From assembly GCA_040768905.1 (NCBI GenBank), contig JAXGMA010000001.1, forward strand, positions 723,806 to 787,805: 64,000 nucleotides of DNA. Reading direction: 5' to 3'. This DNA comes from Christensenellales bacterium. GTDB lineage: Bacteria > Bacillota > Clostridia > Christensenellales > SZUA-584. Below are positions 41,985 to 50,417 of this stretch, piece by piece (the stretch's first letter is position 1; each line of letters begins with the position of its first letter). Position numbers and translations under genes: made by a program. Under the pieces are notes generated by a model, which was given only the letters and a program-made list of their open reading frames with translations, was not told the DNA's origin and searched no databases.

Positions 41985-43016
41985 TTATTGAGAAGCCGGA
42001 GAGGAAGTGGACTGGCCAAGGACCAGACGCGTCGGAACGGTAATGTGCTGCCGTCCATTGGATAAATTTCCGGAAATATTCTTGAAGAGAAGTTCTGTCG
42101 CGATAGTAGCAATAGAACTGATGGGCTGAGATACGGTGGTTAAAGAAGGCGCGCATAAACGTGAAATGAGCGTTCCGTCAAAACCAGTAAGTGAAATGTC
42201 ATGCGGAATACTAAGATTTTTGTCTCTTATGGCAAGATAAGCGCCGCTGGCCGTGAATTCATTAAAACAATGAATGGCCGTAGGCCGATCTTTCATATCT
42301 ATAAGCATGCAGGTATTCTCATAACCATACCGAGGAGACGGATAGCCGAAACGGACATATTCATCATTGTAAGCGATGCCGTGTGCTGCAAGAGCATCTT
42401 TATACCCTTTGAGACGATTGGCAAAAGCGCCGGCATCAGTATAACCGAGAAAAGCGATCTTTCTGTGGCCTAAGGCGATCAAGTGCTCGACGATTTCTCT
42501 TGTGCCATGTTCGTCAGCGGAGTCAACCAGATCCACATCATCAATAACGGACTGTATAGAGACCACCTTTAACTGTTTGATTAAACTGTAAATATTCAAA
42601 TTAGTTTCAGGGACCCTGGCAAAGGCAATGATGCATCCGTCAATCTTTCTGTCGACCATTTCCTGAAGATACATTTCTAACACCTTGTTATCGGTATTGT
42701 ATGTACAAAGTGTCATGAGGTAACCTTTTGCCATGAGGTTTTTCTCGATACATTCAACCAATTCGCCGACAAAAGGGTTTATGATGTCGGATACAAAAAC
42801 GCCAACATTCTTTGTGATGAAAGGAACACGAAAATTTGAAGTGGAAGAAGGCCTGTAGTCCAGATCCGTGATGGCTTGAATGATTGATTGCTTTGTCGCC
42901 TCTTTGACCATGCCCTCGTTATTGATATAACGGGAGACCGTGCTTGCGGACACGTTCGCTCTTTTTGCAACATCAGCAATCGTGACATGCTTGCGGCGGA
43001 CAGTGGCTTTTCTCAT
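41985..43016 (-). CDS. LacI family transcriptional regulator
   Basis: VTIADVAKRANVSASTVSRYIN HTH plus a periplasmic-binding-protein-like core; RBS AAGGGG. Confidence 0.9.
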   Translation of the reverse strand: MRKATVRRKHVTIADVAKRANVSASTVSRYINNEGMVKEATKQSIIQAITDLDYRPSSTSNFRVPFITKNVGVFVSDIINPFVGELVECIEKNLMAKGYLMTLCTYNTDNKVLEMYLQEMVDRKIDGCIIAFARVPETNLNIYSLIKQLKVVSIQSVIDDVDLVDSADEHGTREIVEHLIALGHRKIAFLGYTDAGAFANRLKGYKDALAAHGIAYNDEYVRFGYPSPRYGYENTCMLIDMKDRPTAIHCFNEFTASGAYLAIRDKNLSIPHDISLTGFDGTLISRLCAPSLTTVSQPISSIATIATELLFKNISGNLSNGRQHITVPTRLVLGQSTSSPASQ

Positions 43017-43084
43017 CTGAAAACCCCTTAATATGTTTATACTAGAACATTATACAGCATCATTGATATACAAGCAACCTTAAA

Positions 43085-43139
43085 AAATATCAAAATATCA
43101 AAATATCAATTCATAAAATATCAAAATATGAAAATAATA
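43085..43139. repeat. Array of AAATATCA octamers abutting the -35 box
   Basis: Three perfect tandem copies (43085-43108), a 7-nt gap, one perfect copy (43116-43123), then degenerate copies AAATATGA and AAATAATA. Confidence 0.8.
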
Positions 43140-43169
43140 TTGACAAAAACACGCGGATAGAGATATAAT
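43140..43169 (+). promoter_or_regulatory. SigA-type promoter of the Fe-ADH / tautomerase unit
   Basis: TTGACA (43140-43145), 18-nt spacer, TATAAT (43164-43169). The palindrome TGCAATTGCA lies at 43201-43210 in the leader. Confidence 0.5.
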
Positions 43170-43253
43170 GACGCAGAACATGAAACATACGCAGCTGACA
43201 TGCAATTGCAGTTTGTGACACCACGATATTAAGACGAGCGCGGAGAAAAATGA

Positions 43254-44429
43254 ATGAATCCTTTTGAAGTATATTTTCCCGTAAAATTGATATTCGGAGT
43301 GGGTAAATACAAAGAGCTGGCCGTGCTCGCCAAAGAATATGGAAACAAGGCCCTTGCTGTGCTTGACCCTTTTCTGTTTGGAACGCCAAAGATGGATGAG
43401 ATAAGGGGCCTGTTTGCTGAAAAGGGCGTTAAACTGGTCGAATTCTATGAAGTCAAGCCGAATCCGCGTTATACGGATATGGATATGGGCGTTAGAAAGT
43501 GCATTGAAGAGCAATGCGATGTTGTTATCAGCATTGGCGGCGGCAGTGCCATTGATTCCGGAAAAGCCATAGCCATTGCGGCGGTACATGGAGGCTCGTG
43601 CTGGGATTATACTGTGCGCTATTATGAAATGGACAAAGTGCGCACCCCTTCATCAAAAGGTTTGCCGCATATCGTTGTCCCGACGACTGCCGGAACCGGG
43701 ACTGAAGCCACTTTCTGTTCGGTTATCAACAACCCTGAATTAAAATTAAAATGTGCGATCATCAATAAAATCGCTTTTCCGGATATCGGCATTATTGATC
43801 CGTCGATCATGGTTTCTGCACCCAAGGATGTAACGGCATTGACAGGAATGGATACGTTTGCGCATGCATTTGAAACGTATATCAGCAACGGCGCCACACC
43901 GTGGTCCGAAGCTTTATCTTTAAAATCTATTGAACTCTTTGCAAAAAGTATACGGACTGCCGTCCATGAACCAGATAATCTCAATGCGCGCATGGATATG
44001 GCGGTTTCATGCAGTTTAGCTGGTGCAGCGATCTGTCAGGCAGGCCTCGCGGCACCCCATGCGATCGGGCAGCCGGTCAGCGCACTCAAAGATGCACCCC
44101 ACGGGGGAACTCTTGCCGCATGTATCCCACAGATTATTGAATGGACTATTCCCTTCGCTCAGGAGAAATTTGCCAAGGTCTCAGAAATTTTTGATCCAAC
44201 GATATTTAAACTGACAACCGAAGAAAAGGCGAAAAAGCTTCCGGAAATATTGATGTCGTTATACAAAGATATTGAAATTTCACCCACGTTCGGAGGTTAC
44301 GGTCTTAGCAAAGAGGAGATACCCAATGCAGTAGACATATGCTTTGGTGGCTTTCAATGGGATTTGGGAGGGCATCCGAAACCCATCTCGAAGGAAGACG
44401 CTGCCGAATTGTTTTTAAGATGTCTGTAA
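43254..44429 (+). CDS. Iron-containing (group III) alcohol dehydrogenase
   Basis: GGGSAIDSGKA, PTTAGTGTEAT, and His-rich metal site (DTFAHAFE, ... PHG); RBS GGAG. Confidence 0.85.
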   Translation: MNPFEVYFPVKLIFGVGKYKELAVLAKEYGNKALAVLDPFLFGTPKMDEIRGLFAEKGVKLVEFYEVKPNPRYTDMDMGVRKCIEEQCDVVISIGGGSAIDSGKAIAIAAVHGGSCWDYTVRYYEMDKVRTPSSKGLPHIVVPTTAGTGTEATFCSVINNPELKLKCAIINKIAFPDIGIIDPSIMVSAPKDVTALTGMDTFAHAFETYISNGATPWSEALSLKSIELFAKSIRTAVHEPDNLNARMDMAVSCSLAGAAICQAGLAAPHAIGQPVSALKDAPHGGTLAACIPQIIEWTIPFAQEKFAKVSEIFDPTIFKLTTEEKAKKLPEILMSLYKDIEISPTFGGYGLSKEEIPNAVDICFGGFQWDLGGHPKPISKEDAAELFLRCL

Positions 44430-44459
44430 AAGCAAAAGTCAATCTATAAGGAGATTTAT

Positions 44460-44804
44460 ATGCCATATATAAGTATAAGCACATCAAAAAAACTGACACA
44501 GGAAAAAATGGATGAAATAAAAAAAAGTATTGGAAAAATCATTGACATCATTCCGGAAAAAACGGAAGAATGGCTGATGATCAAGTTTGATGGCGGCAGC
44601 AGCATGTATTTTGGCGGAAAAGGACATGACGGGATTGCATATATAGAAATAAACCTATATAAAAAAGCACCGATGCAAAATAAAAAAGATTTAACAGAAC
44701 AGGTATATTCCGTTTTTGAAAAAGTTTTAGGGATGAAAAGTAAAGATATTTTCCTAACGATCAATGAACATGAAAACTGGGGTGCTGAGGGAAAATATAA
44801 ATAA
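44460..44804 (+). CDS. MIF/tautomerase-superfamily protein (N-terminal Pro-1)
   Basis: 114 aa beginning MPYISISTS. Collinear with macrophage migration inhibitory factor (MPMFIVNTN ... FGG ... ). Strong RBS AAGGAG. Confidence 0.6.
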   Translation: MPYISISTSKKLTQEKMDEIKKSIGKIIDIIPEKTEEWLMIKFDGGSSMYFGGKGHDGIAYIEINLYKKAPMQNKKDLTEQVYSVFEKVLGMKSKDIFLTINEHENWGAEGKYK

Positions 44805-44888
44805 AACATGCCCGAAAAGATAAAGAATCTGTTTCTTATTCATATGAACAGATAAGATGTATTTCAAAAAAATGAAGAGATAAAAATG

Positions 44889-44917
44889 TTGACAAGCCTA
44901 TATAGAATAGATAAAAT
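44889..44917 (+). promoter_or_regulatory. SigA-type promoter of the ABC-transporter operon, with a ~160-nt leader
   Basis: TTGACA (44889-44894), 17-nt spacer, TAAAAT (44912-44917). Confidence 0.45.
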
Positions 44918-45077
44918 GAAAGCAATAAAGAACAAATGAAAACGAAGCACACATAAACGCTATCGAACATTAGCAGTTTGGTCAAATATGACCATAGGTA
45001 TGTATTTTATGCAGTTTATACAATGCTATCAGAATCCACAATAAAATAGTTCTGCAATACCTGGGGGAGGTGGAAGA

Positions 45078-46607
45078 ATGGTTAAAGAAAATGATACCGC
45101 ACAAGAATCAAACACCATCAGGGTCGATATGACGGATATCAGCAAACACTTCGGCGGTGTTAAAGCGCTTGAGGATGTCTCATTGAAAGTGAAGCAAGGT
45201 GAAATTCACGCTCTGATGGGGGAGAATGGTGCCGGAAAATCCACTTTGATGAAGATTCTTTCCGGAGCTTATACCAAAGATAAAGGGACTATCATCATCG
45301 AAGGAAAAGAGGCGAACATTACCAGCCCGAAGAGCGGCAGGGAGCACGGCATATCCATCATCTATCAGGAATTTGCCTTGGCTCCTGATCTGACAGTGGC
45401 TGAAAACATTTTTATCGATAACCTTGGGTCTGGAAAGTCGGTCATCGACTGGAAACAACTTAGAAAAAATGCACAGGAGCTGCTTAATGAGCTTGGGTTT
45501 GGCAATATTAACGTGAGAGCCAAAGTGCGTGATATATCTGTGGCCTATCAGCAGGTCGTCGAGATATGCAAAGCGATTTCAAGGAAGTGTTCCGTATTGG
45601 TTTTGGATGAACCTACGGCGGTGCTTGCCTCCAATGAAGTCAAGCAATTATTCAAACTCTTAAGGCAATTAAAACAGCAAGGGGTCAGTATCATCTATGT
45701 TTCACATCGCTTGAATGAGATCTTTGAAATGTGCGACAGGATCACAGTGCTCAAGGACGGCAAGAACGTTGATACGGTCAATGTGACAGATATTGATGAA
45801 CACAGATTGGCGACCATGATGGTTGGCCGCGAACTTAAAGACTTGTTTCCGCCTCGGCATGCAAAGATCGGTGATGTTGTCCTCAAGGTTGAAGATATTA
45901 CAAACGGAAGACGCGCCAGAAATATTTCGCTTGAAGTCAGATCTGGGGAAGTTCTCGGAATCAGCGGGTTGATAGGTTCCGGTCGTACAGAAACAATGCG
46001 GGCGGTTTTCGGCGCGGACAGAAAAGATTCAGGCGTTGTCTATTTATTTGATAAGAAAGTGCATATCAAAAAGCCGCGCCATGCAGTCAAGCTCGGGATG
46101 GGCATGCTGCCTGAAGACAGAAAAGCACAAGGCGTTTTGCTTAACATGTCTGTGAAGGTCAATTCAACATTAAGTTCCATCAATAAGTTCAGCGGGCTGT
46201 TCGGCTGGATCAACAAAAAACAGGAAACGTCGACGGTCAGAGATCTTGTCAAAAAAATGACTGTCAAAACAACATCTATTGATTCGTTGGTGAACAGCTT
46301 GTCAGGCGGCAACCAGCAAAAAGTATCGCTCATCAAATGGCTGGCTTCCGGCTGTAAGGTCATCATACTTGATGAACCGACACGGGGTGTCGATATCGGC
46401 GCAAAAGTTGAGATCTACAAGGTCATTAACCAGCTTGCTGAAGAAGGTGTCGCATTGATCATGATCTCGTCCGAAATGCAGGAAGTGGTCGGCATGAGTG
46501 ACAGAATAATCGTCATGCGGGAAGGAAAGCTCATGGGAGAGCTCAACGGCAATGAAGCCAGTGAACAAAGCTTAATCAATTTATGTATGGGGGTAGCCTG
46601 TCAATGA
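45078..46607 (+). CDS. Sugar ABC transporter ATP-binding protein (CUT2 family, duplicated NBD)
   Basis: Two ABC cassettes: GENGAGKST with VLVLDEPT, and LSGGNQQK with IILDEPTRGVD. RbsA/MglA-like length (509 aa). Confidence 0.92.
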   Translation: MVKENDTAQESNTIRVDMTDISKHFGGVKALEDVSLKVKQGEIHALMGENGAGKSTLMKILSGAYTKDKGTIIIEGKEANITSPKSGREHGISIIYQEFALAPDLTVAENIFIDNLGSGKSVIDWKQLRKNAQELLNELGFGNINVRAKVRDISVAYQQVVEICKAISRKCSVLVLDEPTAVLASNEVKQLFKLLRQLKQQGVSIIYVSHRLNEIFEMCDRITVLKDGKNVDTVNVTDIDEHRLATMMVGRELKDLFPPRHAKIGDVVLKVEDITNGRRARNISLEVRSGEVLGISGLIGSGRTETMRAVFGADRKDSGVVYLFDKKVHIKKPRHAVKLGMGMLPEDRKAQGVLLNMSVKVNSTLSSINKFSGLFGWINKKQETSTVRDLVKKMTVKTTSIDSLVNSLSGGNQQKVSLIKWLASGCKVIILDEPTRGVDIGAKVEIYKVINQLAEEGVALIMISSEMQEVVGMSDRIIVMREGKLMGELNGNEASEQSLINLCMGVACQ

Positions 46608-47614
46608 AGAATGATCAAATAAATCAAAACGGCAAAGCTTTTTCGGTTAAAGAATTCGTGCTCAGGTACAATGCTGTCATTATGCTTATCGCTTTAATCA
46701 TCGTATCAAGCTTGCTTTCCAATGTGTTTTTCACCACGATAAACATTTTTAATCTTCTGCGGCAAAATACACCCTTGCTTATGGTCAGCTTAGGGATGCT
46801 CATGGTCATCTTAACAGGCGGGATCGATCTTTCTGTGGGCTCTATTGCCGGTGTCAGCGCGATGGTATTATCAGTAGCCATAGAATCGTGGAAATGGAGC
46901 AGTGCAGTCGGATTGATCATGGGGATACTCTTTGCCTTGATCATTGGGTTTGCCATCGGCAGTTTCAGCGGCTTGCTTGTATCCATACTCCGCATGGCGC
47001 CTTTTGTCGCCACGCTCGCAGTCATGACGATGGGACGCGGGCTTGCGTTCCTGATCACAAACGGCCAGCCGGTCAGGCTGTCTACAGATATGACGGCGAC
47101 AAAGATCTTAAACGAAATCGGCAGCGGCAATGTGCCTTTGCTGGGTTTTCCCTGGCCGATTTTGATCGGCATCATCGTTGTTGTCTTGTTCATTCTCGTG
47201 ACACGGTATACGACATTTGGTAGACTTGTCATTGCAACAGGCAGCAATGAAACTGCGGTTCGTCTTGCGGGTATCACCGTTGAAAAATATAAATTTTTCG
47301 CATATGCACTCAGCGGTGTCTTGAGCGCTTTGGCTGGAATCATATCAACATCAAGAGCAACGATAGGCGTACCGATAGCGGGACAGGGTTATGAACTAGA
47401 TGCAATCGCTGCATGTGTGATCGGCGGCGCCAGCCTCGCAGGCGGGAAAGGCACAGTGTTCAACACTTTGATCGGCGTTATAGTATTAGGCTTGATCACA
47501 AACATTATGAACCTTTTAAGTGTTGCGGCTTATCCGCAGCAAATAATAAAAGGCGCTATAATTATACTCGCTGTGTTGCTTCAGGGTATCACCAGCAAGA
47601 AGGACAGTGTGTAG
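46604..47614 (+). CDS. Sugar ABC transporter permease (RbsC-like)
   Basis: Multi-TM protein with the GGIDLSVGS motif; ATGA overlap with the ATPase stop. The track ORF starts at 46583. Confidence 0.9.
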   Translation: MKNDQINQNGKAFSVKEFVLRYNAVIMLIALIIVSSLLSNVFFTTINIFNLLRQNTPLLMVSLGMLMVILTGGIDLSVGSIAGVSAMVLSVAIESWKWSSAVGLIMGILFALIIGFAIGSFSGLLVSILRMAPFVATLAVMTMGRGLAFLITNGQPVRLSTDMTATKILNEIGSGNVPLLGFPWPILIGIIVVVLFILVTRYTTFGRLVIATGSNETAVRLAGITVEKYKFFAYALSGVLSALAGIISTSRATIGVPIAGQGYELDAIAACVIGGASLAGGKGTVFNTLIGVIVLGLITNIMNLLSVAAYPQQIIKGAIIILAVLLQGITSKKDSV

Positions 47615-47760
47615 CCTTAAGGCTATACATTTGTCAAGACACACAAAATAAAACGACATAATGAAAAAACGGCTGTAAAAAGGGCATATTAACAAAAAAT
47701 GTTATGTCATTTTCACAGGCTTGGTTAAGTATTGAATAAAGCTGATAAGGAGAGTTTGTT

Positions 47761-48867
47761 ATGACTCAGATATTTGGATCGCCGGGGAAATACATACAGG
47801 GCTTTGGCGAGCTCAACAGAATAAAGCAGCATATCTCATGGATCGGAGATTCATATCTTGTAATTGCAAGTCAGAACAGGATAAATGATCTTGGAAAAAA
47901 GATAAAAAACAGTTTCGGGTCAGATTTCCACGTTATCTTCGAAAGGTTTAACGGAGAAAGCACAAAAATTGAAGTTAAGCGCCTTGCTGATATCGCAACA
48001 AAAGAAAAATGCAAAGGTATTATTGGCATGGGCGGCGGTAAAGTCATTGATACCGCAAAAACAGTCGGCGACCAGTTAAATCTGCCCACAGTGATCATTC
48101 CGACGACAGCGTCAAATGACGCTGCGACGAGTGCATTGGCTGCCATGTATTTTGAAGACGGCGCCTTGGATGAACTTGTATTTTTCAATAAAAACCCGGA
48201 TATCGTTCTGGTTGATACGGAAGTCATCATGAATGCGCCTGTCAGGTTTCTGGTGGCTGGTATGGGCGATACGCTTTCAACCTATTTTGGGGCGCGTGTA
48301 TGTGTTCAAGGATATAAAAACAATTACTACAATGCTAAAGCGACCGAAACATCCTTTGCGCTTGCAAAGCTGTCCTACGAACTGGTCAGAAAATACGGAT
48401 TGTCCGCAAAGATAGCCTGTGAGAACAAAGTCATGACGAAAGATCTTAACCGGATCATCGAGGCGAATATTTTGCTGAGCGGCGTGGGCTTTGAGACCAA
48501 CGGCATTGCTTCCGACCATTGCTTCTATTTTGGTTTTTGTGACTTAACGCACAGGGAAGAACACATGTATCACGGAGAATACGTTTCGTTTTCAACTTGC
48601 TGCATGCTTGTGCTTGAAGGGGCGCCCAAGGAAGAGTTGGATGAGATATACAGTTTTTGCGTCAGCGTCGGCCTTCCGATCACTTTAGACCAGATCATGT
48701 TGGGTGATCTGACTGACGAAGAATTTGATATTGTGGCAAAAGGCGTCTTAAAGCATGATACGACACACTACCACCCGTTTGAAGTCACGCAGACAGATGT
48801 TTTGGGTGCGATAAAAACGGCAGACGCCATAGGTAAACTATACCTTTCGGGAAACCGATTGGTTTGA
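47761..48867 (+). CDS. Glycerol dehydrogenase-like iron-ADH-family polyol dehydrogenase
   Basis: FGSPGKYIQG start, GMGGGKVIDTAKT, PTTASNDAATS; length 368 aa as for GldA. Confidence 0.8.
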   Translation: MTQIFGSPGKYIQGFGELNRIKQHISWIGDSYLVIASQNRINDLGKKIKNSFGSDFHVIFERFNGESTKIEVKRLADIATKEKCKGIIGMGGGKVIDTAKTVGDQLNLPTVIIPTTASNDAATSALAAMYFEDGALDELVFFNKNPDIVLVDTEVIMNAPVRFLVAGMGDTLSTYFGARVCVQGYKNNYYNAKATETSFALAKLSYELVRKYGLSAKIACENKVMTKDLNRIIEANILLSGVGFETNGIASDHCFYFGFCDLTHREEHMYHGEYVSFSTCCMLVLEGAPKEELDEIYSFCVSVGLPITLDQIMLGDLTDEEFDIVAKGVLKHDTTHYHPFEVTQTDVLGAIKTADAIGKLYLSGNRLV

Positions 48868-48920
48868 TAAAGTTTATCGGCCCATAATGGCTGATAATAG
48901 AAAAAACAGGAGGAAGTAGA

Positions 48921-50279
48921 ATGAACAGAGCAAAAAAGAGTTTTGTATTGTTGCTGGCTTTATGTATGGTCTTTGCCATCGTGATGGCAGGATGTACAGA
49001 AGCGCCCCCGGCACAGCCGGCAGACCCCGCGAAACCGGCAGACCCCGCGAAACCGGCAGACCCCGCGAAACCGGCAGAACCAGCGGCCAATACGGACGGC
49101 GAGCTGCATGAACTTTACACATTGTTGCCGCAAACCTCGCTGACGGGTGTTGTCAGCCCGGAGCTAAAGGACAGAGCGAACATCGACAAGGCATGGCCTA
49201 AGACTCCGAAAGACCCCAATAAAATAGTGATCGGCTGGACGGAGATCACGCTTGGCAACCCATGGTTCATCGGAGTTCAGAAGGCTGCCGAAGAGGCAGC
49301 AGCCAAATACGGCTTCCAGCTCGATATGCTTGTGGCCGATGGCAGCGTTGAAAGACAGAGCGAGCACATCGATTCATTCATCACCAGGGGCGTTGACATT
49401 ATCGTCGTTGACCCATGTGACGTTTTGGGTCCTGTGAATGACATCAAGAGAGCTGTCGAAGCCGGTATCCCGGTCGTCGGCATGGGCACGGTTATGGACG
49501 ATTCAGCCCCGATCTTAACGACAGTTATTCTTAATCCGTTTGAAGTCGGATATTCCTGCGGTGAGTATATTTCCACAAAATACGAACCGGACCAGAACGT
49601 AAACCTTGCCATCGTGCTTGGCGTAATGGGCAACTCGACATCTGAAAGCCGTATCTGCGGCGGCATCAGCGGCATGATCGCTGAACGCCAGAGACAAAAC
49701 GGCACATTCACATCAAAAGAAGATGCCATCCTTGCAGGCTACAACTTGTTTGACCAGGTGAAGAGAACAGGCAAAGGAGAAGACCCTGTCAATAAATTTA
49801 CGGTACTGGCATATGGCGACGGAAATTGGACAGAAGAAGACGGCCTGGCTGTGACGGAAGATATCCTGACAGCTGTCGGCGACCAGCTTGACCTGATCAT
49901 TGCATGTAATGACTTCGAAGCACTTGGCGCTCTAAAAGCAGTTAAGGCTCGTGGCCTTCAGGACAAAATCAAGATCGCTGCATTTGCTGACGGCGCAAAG
50001 ACAGGCCTTGACGCAGTCAAAGCTGGCGACCTTATCTGCACCGGCACATTCGGCGGCCCTGGATTTGGCGCACATACCATCGAGTTCATCAAAGCGATCT
50101 TCATAGACGGAAAAGATCCGAGCAATCTGCCCATGGGAACATTCGGCCCCGTGTCTGTCATCAACCGCGAGAACATGGATCAGTACTATGATGATGACCC
50201 GAACAACGAGTTTTACAAGATACCTGGCTTTGAATTCCCCAAATCAATACCTGAAATAAAAGCATCATTTGGGAACTAA
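48921..50279 (+). CDS. Sugar ABC transporter substrate-binding lipoprotein with repetitive PADPAK linker
   Basis: Lipobox VMAGC, (PADPAK)x3 linker, then a periplasmic-binding-protein type-I fold (IVIGWTEITLGNPWF). Confidence 0.85.
   Translation: MNRAKKSFVLLLALCMVFAIVMAGCTEAPPAQPADPAKPADPAKPADPAKPAEPAANTDGELHELYTLLPQTSLTGVVSPELKDRANIDKAWPKTPKDPNKIVIGWTEITLGNPWFIGVQKAAEEAAAKYGFQLDMLVADGSVERQSEHIDSFITRGVDIIVVDPCDVLGPVNDIKRAVEAGIPVVGMGTVMDDSAPILTTVILNPFEVGYSCGEYISTKYEPDQNVNLAIVLGVMGNSTSESRICGGISGMIAERQRQNGTFTSKEDAILAGYNLFDQVKRTGKGEDPVNKFTVLAYGDGNWTEEDGLAVTEDILTAVGDQLDLIIACNDFEALGALKAVKARGLQDKIKIAAFADGAKTGLDAVKAGDLICTGTFGGPGFGAHTIEFIKAIFIDGKDPSNLPMGTFGPVSVINRENMDQYYDDDPNNEFYKIPGFEFPKSIPEIKASFGN
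49017..49079 (+). repeat. Perfect 18-bp tandem repeat (3.5 copies) inside the SBP gene
   Basis: CCGGCAGACCCCGCGAAA at 49017, 49035 and 49053, plus a partial copy to 49079. In frame, it encodes PADPAK. Confidence 0.95.
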
Positions 50280-50312
50280 TGAGTAAAAAGACCGGCTAGA
50301 CATGCTTTATCT

Positions 50313-50344
50313 CCCAGGCGCACAGATTATTCTGTGCGCCTGGG
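50313..50344 (+). other. GC-rich 13-bp perfect hairpin without a U-tract (intercistronic)
   Basis: CCCAGGCGCACAG-ATTATT-CTGTGCGCCTGGG, 34 nt after the SBP stop. No T-run on either strand. Confidence 0.8.
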
Positions 50345-50417
50345 TATAAAGAGTCGAACAAACAGAATATTTTTTTAAGAATCATCAATTTTTTTAACTT
50401 AATTTAAGGAAAACACA

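Noticed and set aside
44979-44994. GGTCAAA-containing repeat considered as a CtsR heat-shock operator
   Set aside because: CtsR boxes are direct heptad repeats. This element is an inverted repeat (TGGTCA/TGACCA) in front of a sugar transporter. clpP here has no separate promoter region, only 29 nt after tig.
46624-47343. 239-aa ORF antisense to the ABC permease
   Set aside because: A shadow ORF opposite a clear RbsC-like permease, with no independent support.
49017-49079. The tandem 18-bp repeat considered as a CRISPR-like or minisatellite element
   Set aside because: The copies are contiguous with no spacers. They lie in frame inside the SBP gene and encode a PADPAK linker.
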